Shown here in pieces: positions 1 to 9,568 of a stretch of 64,000 nucleotides of DNA (the stretch's first letter is position 1; every line of letters begins with the position of its first letter). Below the pieces are notes generated by a model, which was not told the DNA's origin, searched no databases, and was given only the letters and a program-made list of their open reading frames with translations. Source of the DNA: Podarcis cretensis (Eukaryota); assembly GCA_951804945.1 (NCBI GenBank), contig OX638156.1:44516001-44580000 (forward strand), given 5' to 3'. Position numbers and translations under genes: made by a program.

Positions 1-802
1 GCTTTAAATCTTCAAACTCTCCTAATACCATGAGCTGAACTTCATCTAGTGATGCACAGCTGGGAGATTTTTCTATCAAAAGAACAGTTGAGCAGATTAT
101 TTCCAAATATAATATTTGCTGCCCTGCTATCTCTTTTAGAGGAAATAAAACTGCAGGGATATTAGTAACTCTTAAACTTCCTGCATCACTAGCCAGGATT
201 CTCAAAGAAGGACATTTTAATAAATAGGTGCTGAAGTTTCAGCTAGCAAAATGAAAAACGGAATCTGTCTCAGATGGAAAGGAGGAAAAGCAAAACAGAC
301 ACCCACCCACACTCACCACATTGGGACTTCATTTGCAGGGAATACTCCGAAAAGCAACAAAATCCAGGCATGTAATTGCATCAAGTGATTTCTCCAAGGA
401 AAGTTAATCCAGAACCTACTTCAATTTTTGATAACCCTTGTGTCAAACATTCTGTATATAGGTGTAAAAGAATATCCTATCATCTGAGAAATGCACACCC
501 ACCGCTGTGTAGAAAACCCACACTAATCCCCAAGCAGGCCATTGAGACAAATATCTGCTGGCTACATGTGGAGGAATCATTTTGTTAAAAACTGAAGGGA
601 GAAGTATTTCCTCATCACTCACTATCATTGCATTTTTCATTCTAAGACCCAGTTAAAACTTATAAATCAGATTCAGAGGTTCTCTGCCACAGTAAATCCC
701 CCTAATATTAGCAGATGAAGGTGATTGATCTTTCCCCTCCCCAAAACCTAGTAGGGTTCACTCTTGGCCCTTACCTGAAGCCAAGGAGCCCAATTGAAAT
801 GG

Positions 803-1330
803 TGGGGACATGAGGCATGGCCACATTTGTCAGTTCTGGCTTCTCATTCTTCCAATCACAGTTTTTCACATTTTCATACCAGGTTGCAATTGGGTGGGGG
901 GGGGGGAATCCTCACAAAAATTTACAGCATTTAAAAGCACATTTCTCCTACCTAATTAACACAAATTTGTATGCACTTTTGTCTAAAATACAGTTTTGTG
1001 AGAAATTTATCCTAGCACCATGCATTTTGTATGCTATTTTCACTAAAACATGCATGTTTATGCACATTTTCTCCTGAATATACTGTATATGTTGTATTTT
1101 TATGTTGTGATCTACGGATGCAGGGCGGTATACAAATTTAACAAATAATAACAAATATCATAATAACAATATTAATGTACACTTTTTTGCACACTTTTTT
1201 TTGGTTGAAGAACTGCAGTACAAAATTCCAGTACAAAACTGGAATGATAGCTGTGTTTCTATGTTTCTATGTTTTCTATGTATGGTTTGAGAAGAGTCAA
1301 TATGATTAACCTAATATCTCCCCATCCTTG
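803..1330 (-). mobile_element. Non-autonomous hAT-like DNA transposon, degraded copy; same family as 42012-42437 in the opposite orientation
   Basis: Its reverse complement resembles 42012-42437 in several blocks (e.g. GAAGAACTGCAGTACAAAATT here vs TGTTGCAGTACAGTTCTCC). It ends in CCCATCCTTG, the complement of the TAGGGATGGG terminus. No clear TSD. Confidence 0.6.
1085..1160 (+). mobile_element. L2-like LINE 3' tail nested in the hAT-like element
   Basis: TTTTATGTTGTG...GATGCAGGGCGGTATACAAATTTAACAAATAATAA resembles squamate L2 3' ends (recalled). The segment is absent from the 42012-42437 copy. Confidence 0.45.
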
Positions 1331-3605
1331 GGAAACACCAACCACAAGGGATCAAGGAATGGTTTCAGGGACAGTGGGCAACATTTAGGGGCAGGTGGAG
1401 GGACACTGTTACAGACTACAGGATTCCTCAAGAGCCCATGAGTCTTTGGTTATGATTCCTCTAACAGAGAATTTAGGTGGCAAGTGCCAAGAGTAATGGA
1501 GTCAAACCAAGACAACTGAGAAACAGGAGGAATGTATCAACAATCCTGGAGGATCCCCAAAATTTGCAGAGGTATAGAACAACTCTTTAAAACACAAAGG
1601 GGACAATTGTCAACCGCAAAAAAGAACCAACCCAGCCCATGAAGACTAAGCATGCCCATGAGTCACAGAATGTTGACCATCAGTTGGAAATGGAGGTGGC
1701 ATGAAGTGACTGGGATACCCGTTTGAAGGGGATGACTGGGCTAGAACTATCAACACTCCTTTTAAGAGATGGGATACCCTGCAACGTTTTATTGATGCGC
1801 TACTTGTGAAGTACACAAAGTAACTACAACAAATGCTCTTAAGTTGAACAGAAAGGGCCACTCTTCATGAAAGCTTCAGTCTGCTGTGAAAAGTGTCCCC
1901 TCTTTTCCTTCACAGAGATTGTTGGAACAACATTTTGTGTGAAGCAGCCTGATCAGTGTGCCCTGCACAAGTGCCATGCAATGCCTGATCTGAATCAACT
2001 ACACAGATGTGATGATGGAAAGACCTTGGTAGAAAGATAACTTTAACCTATCCTAAGTAACTGTGCTTGCATGCAAAATGGCCAATACTGATTCATCACA
2101 ACTTGATTTTGCCACAGGTTCTTGAATTCCACAAGGATGTCCTTTTTCTTCTCAATTTGAATTGCAACTATTTATTTATTTAACAGGATCAGAGCTTCAC
2201 TTAATCATTGGAGCCTTCAAGTGGTTCACATAAAATTACTTTGCATTACTTTTCCACTAAAAAGGGAGGTAAAGAATGGGGTGTTTATGATTTTTAGTTG
2301 TCTTCAGCTCATGGGTTGGATCATGGGTTGGGGGGGGGGGTTAAAGAAAAATTAAGAAGAGTAGGAACTGTCAAAGAGAGACAGTAAAGACTTACAAAAT
2401 AAAATAAAAAATCTGGTTGGCATAATTATAAAGTCTTTTTGTAGGATATATCTATGCATCTTTCCTCATTTAGAATACTTCCCTATAATGCCAAACAGTT
2501 GCTGCAAAACTGTGATCTATGCACACACTCCAATATATTTTGGGGGTGACAGTCAAAGTTAAAGTAGTAGTTGATTCTCTATGATTACTGTGTATATTCC
2601 CTGAGACAATTAAATAATAAATAGTTATAGTAAAAGTATTCAAACTGATCAGTGGAAGATTTCCTCACCTCCTCCTCCTAAATTATTCTGTTTGTGATTT
2701 TTTTTCTTTTTGTAACGCTTTAACTTGAGTAAATGAGCACCAGCATGCTACCTTGGCAGATTATTTGCTGCGTAAAGGAAACAAACTTTGTAAAATCGTT
2801 ATACAAAGTCTACAGACCTGGAGATAAATAATGAAAATGAACCTTCCCCCTGTAAATGCCCCAGTGTTCATTTAATTTAATATTCTCCATTGGTGGAAAT
2901 AAATTAAAAATGAACAAGGCTTGTTTGTGCCTGCCTTACACTATCCTCTGCTTTTGAATAGCAACCGCATATTAATTTATCAGGATTCCCATAAATTATA
3001 ATTAGCCAGGAGGATTAACAACATAAATCCTTGAATTTAAAACCAACCTGCCCCGCTCTCTCTTCTCTTTGCCCTAAAGTGAAAAGGAGCCCATAAAACC
3101 CATCACTGCTGTTTGATCCATTAAACTCATGAGACATTCTTATTTCAGCTTAGCTACTGGAGGTACATTCGTTAAATCTTTTTAAAGTTACAGTAGCCTG
3201 CCTGGAATTGAAATGCTCACACTGCAGAAAATAATGTGCTAAAATGGCTACACCCGTCTCTAGGGCAACTGTGACCGAGAACATAAAGCCTGCTCAGAAA
3301 TCTGGGGAGGAGCAATTTTAAAAGTCAGTAATTGTTTTTGTTTTTCTGTTTTTTAAAAAGCATCTTTAAAGAAAAGCAGGGGCATCTATAGGTTCCCTGT
3401 GTCTTCTCTTTCCCTGTAGAAAGAGTTCGTAGAAGGTGGTCAAAAAGCATTATAAGGAGTATCACAAATACACACCTGATAAAATAATACTTCACACTAT
3501 TTTGTAATCTGACAAGTCCAGCATCAGTGGAGAGGCAAAATAAGAAACCTGGACCAAATTTATGCTGCTGCATCTTCAGAGCTGTTGCCCACAATGCTTC
3601 TCTGA

Positions 3606-4136
3606 TGCCAGGGACAGGCAGGAGTCTGAAGGGTGGGCAGAGGAAGCATGGGGCAGGAGGATGATCCACGGGAGATGGTCTATGATGTTTGGGGTTCTGT
3701 GCCCACAGTGAGGCAGGGGGAAGTCCATGCAGTCAAAGACAGGAGAAGAGAAGGGGGGAAGAGGTGCAGGAAGGCACAGAGATGGAAGAGACGCTCCCAG
3801 AGAGAGTCAAGCTGTTAGAATCTCCTCCATCCCCTCTCCCACTGTCTCCAAGGATGTGGAGGGGCCTAAAAGCAACAGGAACAGATGGAGATGAGCACAG
3901 GAGAAGTCACTGAAAACCATGTCGGGGGGGGGGGTTTAAATGTGCTGGAAGAGGCATGGCCCGCTGTTGTACCAACTGCTGTGACTGAGCACAGGTCTGA
4001 AGAAGGAAATGCCCAGCTATTAAGCAGGAGTGGTGTATGTGATTCTTGCACCACAGAAGCAGGTATAATCAAGCTTTGCCAATAAAGAACTACTGGTAAA
4101 CTTTCAATCATGTTTCCTCCTTTGGGGGTCTAGACA
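3606..4136 (+). mobile_element. Solo-LTR-like element
   Basis: TG...CA termini (TGCCAGGGAC / GTCTAGACA), purine-rich body and AATAAA at 4081, about 55 nt before the end. No TSD found. Confidence 0.4.
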
Positions 4137-4378
4137 TGCTCGAGAGATCTATGACTGAGTAGAAAAGCTATTGGAAAGCTCTCTAATTGGCACTGTAATG
4201 GCACTTTGATTACTCAAAAGTATATACATAGTAGCATCTACTGATGGATGTGCCTCCCATAGCCTAAGCTGATTTCCTACAAAGCGTGTTCTCCTTCATG
4301 GAGAGCGCATGTTGCGTTGGGGTCTAACAAGACATCCCACTGTTGCTGGGTGGGTAAAAGAGAGTTGCCACAATTACG

Positions 4379-4482
4379 ATTGGGTGCTTCTTGTTGTTGG
4401 GGAGATTTTGATGTTGCTATTTTGTGATTGACAGCCACAAGCTATATATTCCTTGCGTGCAGTGTTGAGCTTCCTCTTTTCG
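4379..4482 (+). promoter_or_regulatory. Putative Pol II core promoter of the repeat
   Basis: Reverse CCAAT (ATTGG, 4379-4383), TATATAT (4443-4449) and pyrimidine initiator/TCT-like CTTCCTCTTTTC (4470-4481) about 27 nt downstream of the TATA start. Confidence 0.35.
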
Positions 4483-4670
4483 CTGCACGCATCAGATCAC
4501 CTGCCCACCCTCCCTGATTTTAGGGTGTTTTTTGCGTTTGACCTTGCTATGCCTGTCATGGGGTCATCTGCTTTTGGGGCAGGGGCCTGGTAGGAATTTT
4601 GTCCACTTGGCTGATTGGCTGGTACCATTTGGTTTTTGCCTACTGTGTAGCAAATCATCACAACTTGTAA

Positions 4671-4978
4671 GGTTGCAGTTAGGCATTGGTTTTATAAATT
4701 GGTTGGTGGAGGGGTATGGATTGGCTGTGCATGCCCCTCCAATGCTGCTGCTGTAAGGGTATTCCATTAAAGGAATCCAGGGGTTTGCCATGCTTTTGTT
4801 CGAACCCCTGTCAAGGGGCTAGGGCCACGCAAGAGCCCCTGGCAACATTTGGGGAGAGGCATGGTACCCAGCTCCATCTCTCTCCCCAGAATGTTTTCCC
4901 TTTCTGACTTCATGGGCGTGCAAATGTCAGTCTGTCCCCATGCGGGGTCAGATGGTCGTAACCAATGCCTAAGCAACC
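4671..4978 (+). ncRNA. Predicted multibranch structured RNA domain (six hairpins, 19-bp closing stem)
   Basis: 4671-4691 pairs with 4960-4978. Hairpins at 4707-4741, 4761-4776, 4778-4810, 4814-4840, 4844-4895 and 4903-4952. Transcription is not demonstrated. Confidence 0.45.
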
Positions 4979-4998
4979 ACTCACATTTTTTGTATTTT

Positions 4999-5075
4999 AA
5001 TAAAGTTGTGGCTAAAATTATGCCTAAAAACTTAAACAAAAATTCTGTTTGAATTGTGTTTTATTTGGGGTGGCT
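4999..5075 (+). terminator. Putative polyadenylation signal with GU/U-rich downstream element
   Basis: AATAAA at 4999-5004, followed by TTCTGTTTGAATTGTGTTTTATTTGGGGTGG from about 5043. Confidence 0.4.
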
Positions 5076-5104
5076 TGGGGACCTCAACACCCAAATTGGA
5101 AGTA

Positions 5105-5456
5105 CCGTATTTTTCGCCCTATAGGCCGCACCGGCCCATAGGGTGCACCTAGTTTTGGGGGAGGAAATAAAGAAAAAAAGCCCAAGCTTCCCCTGACCCC
5201 AGCCCCCAGAACAGGCTGCTATCCGCAAGCCTGGGGAGCCCGGGGGGGACTCCCACTGGGCTCCCCAGGCTTGCGGATATCTGCCCGAAGCCCGGGGTGC
5301 GCTCCGCTGCGCTCCCCGGGTTTCGGGCTGCAGGCTGCTGTCTGCAAGCCTGGGGAGCCTGGCGGGAACTCCCGCGGGCTCCCAAGGCTTGCGGATAGCT
5401 TCCTGAAGCTTGGAGAGAGAGGGGGGTTGGTGCGTCCTATAGGGTGAAAAATATGG
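5105..5456. mobile_element. Tc1/mariner superfamily (Tc2/pogo-like) MITE
   Basis: TIRs CCGTATTTTTCGCCCTATAG / CTATAGGGTGAAAAATATGG (18/20 match). TA TSD at 5103-5104 and 5457-5458. CCGTA termini are typical of Tc2-like elements. CpG-rich interior with three hairpins. Confidence 0.85.
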
Positions 5457-6109
5457 TAGTTTGGTGTATCCTCAAGCCAAGCCAACCTTGGAGACTCCCG
5501 CCCACCTGCCTTGTCTTCTTTCTCCACCCACTCTCTCCCACCCCAACCCTCCTTTCCTTCAATCCCATTTACCTAGCTAGTGAGGCAGTTTAGAGGACTG
5601 TCGGGTGTGGGAAAGTAGGTCCCATCTGGGAGGGAGGCTGGTTCTCTGAGCTACAGAAGAATTAAGAGATCATAATACTCAACTCATAACTGAAGCCCCC
5701 TGAAGTATGAACTTAATAACACATCTAGTAGCATCAGTTTACAAGTGTGGTAGCACTGTCAAACTTCTGTACTTGTTATTTCAGGCTCATCATCATTTTG
5801 GGCTCTCATGCTCCTGTAATCATTTGGGGGAAGTTCTGTGTGCATGCTACCAGTACAAGGGAGTATACTGATCCTCACAACTTTGCTGCCAAAATAGCAG
5901 GAACTGCAATAGCCTTCAATTGTGTGCACAAGTATGTTCACCATTCCCATGAGACTCCCTCCAGAGACCCTAACAATTTTACTGCAATTGTCTAGAAGAC
6001 GTTCAGCCTATATGAATCACTCAGCTATAAGACGATTCCTAGTATCATTCGTTTATTTCCACAAATTAAGTTTTTAAGACCATTTATTTCCCAGGTTACA
6101 CATACAAAC

Positions 6110-6310
6110 GTAAGAATAACCATGCCTGATCAATCCAGCATCCTGCTCTCATAGTGGCCAACCAAATACCTCTGGAAAGCCCAAAAGCAAGACCTCAGCA
6201 CAATAACACTTTCCCTACCTGCCATTCCCAGCAACTAGTATTCAGAGCCATACTGCCTCAGACAGCAGAGGTAGAGCCTAGTCATCGTGACTATTAGTTA
6301 TTGACAGCCT
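6110..6310 (-). mobile_element. CR1 LINE 3' UTR fragment
   Basis: Its reverse complement matches the CR1-type 3' UTR seen on + at 31535, 59500 and 63395 (GAGGCAGTATG..CTGAATACTAGTTGCTGGGAA...GGATGCTGGA). Confidence 0.7.
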
Positions 6311-6499
6311 GAATGACTGGAGCTATTGGAGAATGTAGCAAATTTCTGCCTAAGTTTGTTAATTTACCAGTAAAGAGATATTGCTTTGTTATCAACAGAA
6401 ATATCAAAAAACAAGCCTCCTTTTCTGGAATCCCTGAGTATATCTCAAGAAATATCAAATGCCACCAATAAATGATCCATTTTGAACCTCATTTCCATC

Positions 6500-6930
6500 A
6501 TTGGCCAGTAAAAAAGTAGCATTTACCAGAACATGGTGGGAACTGTCTAGAATTGTGAAGAAATTAATTTGTTATGCAGGCATTTTCTTGCATTTGTTAT
6601 TATGATGTATTAGGACGCATTATTTAACAGTATTAAAAATACGCAGTTCTGGGATATTTGTAAGAATAACACAAAATACAGGGAAAACACTTTAAAAAAC
6701 CCAACAGCCTCCTGAAATAGCATTGCTGGGTATTTTCAGCAGAGACAACCAGGGATTATTGTAGAAAAATGCATTTGGTTACTTATTAATAGCAGTAAGA
6801 CTATTGATAGATAGAAATAGGAAAAAGGCAAAGGATTTAAACATACAAAAATGGTATGATGTAATTTGGGACATAACACTTTCCGAAAAACTGAGGAAAA
6901 GGTTGAGTCAAGAAAAAGTAACAGGGAATT
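6500..6930 (+). mobile_element. L1-clade LINE ORF2 C-terminal fragment (decayed)
   Basis: Translation from 6711 gives PEIALLGIFSRDNQGLL*KNAFGYLLIAVRLLIDRNRKKAKDLNIQKWYDVIWDITLSEKLR, matching the PExxLL...LLxAARxxIxxxWK...W...EKL pattern of L1 ORF2 C-termini. It has an in-frame stop. Confidence 0.7.
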
Positions 6931-7814
6931 GTATCAACGTCAAGCACAAGTTTTAAATGCCCACCCCCTCTCCTTTCCCCGCAAACACAGGGGCAAAATT
7001 CTAGTTAACTTCCAAATGACTCCACATTGCTAAACATTTCAAATTTTCCAAGGCTGACCGGGGTTGATTAAATATGTCCTCTCCTACTGGAAGACTGCTA
7101 GGCTCGCACTGCTGCTTTTTATTTTGTGGTGCCCTTCTCAGATATCACATGAAACAAAGGAGGCAGGAAGGCAGGAATGTTGATGGCTTCAGTCTTCCAT
7201 TGCCTAGAAATGCAGAAACCTGAAGCCATCTCAGACACAGAAAGCACTCTCACAAACAGGAAGAGGTGGAGATTCAGCCAGGCCTATGCAGCTTGTGAGC
7301 TGCCAGCCTAAACACCACCACCAGTCATGCATTGCGGCCTGCCAAGTGCGTAACAACCCCTTCCATTGTTTTGTGGTCCAAAGCAAGCAGCAAAATCCAC
7401 AGATTTATCAATTTCCTGGTGGGGTGCAGTGAAAGGATAGTCATCTGTGTTTGCCTTGGAGGCTCGCAAGTGCATTTTATTAAAGCTGTTGTATGGAGTC
7501 ATTTTTAATTTACATATAACCACTTTGCACACATACACAGAAAAGCATAATAAATGCTCTAGGTAAATAATTTTATTTTTAACACCAGCTGCTTTTTAAA
7601 AGAACTGTACCTTTAAGAACTGATACTTCAATTCCCCTGTTCTCCTCCCTCCCCATCCCCTATTCCTTTTGTGTCATGTCTTTCAGATTGCAAGGCTGAA
7701 GGCACCACCCAAGACACTCTGGGAGCATTTTCAGCTGACAAATGGGATAAAACTATTTTATAGAAATATAAAACTGTCTATGATCTTTGAGAGTTCTTGG
7801 AGAACAAGTGAAGT

Positions 7815-8166
7815 CCCTACAAAGAAGACTGAGAGGAGATATGATATCCATCTTCAAATATCTTAAGGGCTGTCACATGGAAGAGGGAACTTGCTTGTTT
7901 TCTCCTGCTCTGGATGACAGGACTCGAACCAATGGCTTCAAGTTACAAGAAGGGAGATTCCTACTAAACATTCAGGAAATTTTTTTGACAATAAGAGCTG
8001 TGTGGAAGTAGAACAGACTCCCACGAGAGGTGTGGACTCTACTTCCTCAGAGGTTTTTAAGCAGAGCCTGGATGGCCATCTGTCATGGATGCTTTTGCTG
8101 AGATGCCTGCATTGCAGGGGTTGGACTAGATGACCCCTGGATCCATTCCAACTCTAAGATTCTATA
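7815..8166 (+). mobile_element. CR1 LINE 3' end (ORF2 C-terminus plus 3' UTR), 5'-truncated
   Basis: Peptide RRLRGDMISIFKYLKGCHMEEG...LFS...RTRTNGFKLQEGRF...FLTIRAV is typical of the CR1 ORF2 C-terminus. It ends GGGGTTGGACTAGATGACC...TTCCAACTCTAAGATTCTAT, the CR1 hairpin plus ATTCTRT tail. Confidence 0.92.
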
Positions 8167-9427
8167 AATAAATCAGCTGAATCAACTGCAGCAACAGTGA
8201 GAACAGGAACCTCTGCACCACCAGAGGATTTCACAGTGTAACTTGTGAAAAGTCTTACAATTCCTCAGAAGCACGCTTGGATATGAGAACATTTTAACTT
8301 CCTTTCACCTGCATTAATTCTCTTGCTTGTCACTGAGAACATGAATGGTGTTACATTCTTGATGAAATGTCAGTGAATAAGCTACATTTCCTTTACAACA
8401 CAAAATTGGGTTATAGGATAAATTCTTTAGGGCAATATTTTTAACCGCCTAGCAATTGTTCTCCTCTCTTCATGTGGAGTTCTAAAAAGGGCTTTTAAAA
8501 GATGCAAATAGGGTGCCTTCTGTTGGTTGTGCCTGTTTATCGCTGTGCTAGAGAGAGGAAAGCAAGTGCCAAGGTTCTTGATATTTGCTCTTGAATCATT
8601 ATCACTCTAATAGTGATAATTAAAGAGAGCACTGAGTGGTCTCGAGCAAGCAGCTGAAGTAAACAGCTTTTGGGTGGTTAGGGGGCTAAATAAACCCATT
8701 CTGCATGGCCAAGCAGTAGTCCATGATGTCTAAGCAAGAAATCATATCAGACATAAGGAAAGAGGGAGGTTATGTGAATTAGGGGAAAATACAAATCAAT
8801 TTGATACCTGGAAGTAAACATCTTGTTAATAATAAATTCCGCTGCCCTCTATCCCAAAGGGGGAGCCTGTGTGCATCCCATGTGGGGACTGGAAAGTGCT
8901 CTCTCTCTCTTTCTCTCTCAAAGCTGCAGGAGGAGGAAAGCTTTGCCAACCCATCCCAGCTCCCTTAATTATTTTAATTGCAGCAGCGCAATGCCAACAC
9001 ACTGAATTACCCCCTCAGGCTCAGGCTGCTTAGCCAGGAGGTACTGAATTAAACTGTCAGAACATGCAGAAAAATTGCAATGGTGCCTGTCAACAGTATT
9101 TGTTAAGAGACTCGGGTGAAGCAAGTGACTTATATAGAAAAAGAGCTGCCGGTGCAGAGTCGTCAAAGCGCAGCACTGGAACTAATGGGGTATTCAGAGG
9201 TCTTGTTCTACTTCATTGGTCAAAGCCAACAAAAAAAAAAACCCTAGTAATATTTGGGGCGGTTTGCTATTTATGGCCATGGTAATAAAAAAGGCTGTTT
9301 AAAACTGCAAAGCCATCCTTGACAAAGCGGTCCCCACCAGCTGCGTTTTTGTAAGGCGGAGAGGCCACTGTCCAAACACCAAAATCAGGGCTGTCCACAG
9401 ATTAACATGGGGGCATAGGCAGGGGCC

Positions 9428-9568
9428 TTATATGAAGCCCATCAAGCTCAGTGTTGTTCTGCAGGGTGTCAGGCAGGGGTCTCTCTCAGCACTACCTGAA
9501 GAGACTGGGTATTGACGCTGGGGATTTCTGCATGAAAAATAGATGCTCTGTCACTGAGTCACAGGCCT
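9428..9568 (-). mobile_element. Squam3-type tRNA-derived SINE, degraded
   Basis: Reverse complement shows a tRNA-like head (CTCAGTGACAGAGCATCT...CATGCAGAAATCCCCAG) followed by CAGGTAGTGCTGAGAGAGACCCCTGCCTGA. Confidence 0.7.

Larger units (their letters stand above)
4250..5090 (+). mobile_element. DIRS/Ngaro-like (or LTR-like) terminal repeat carrying a highly structured RNA region
   Basis: Contains AATAAAGTTGTGGC near its 3' end, a motif I associate with vertebrate DIRS/Ngaro repeats (recalled). It has TATA and CCAAT motifs and many directly verifiable inverted repeats. Boundaries are approximate. Confidence 0.5.

Noticed and set aside
4671-4978. Hammerhead or HDV ribozyme within the structured domain
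   Set aside because: I could not find a hammerhead core (CUGANGA...GAAA) or an HDV nested pseudoknot by eye, so no ribozyme class is claimed.
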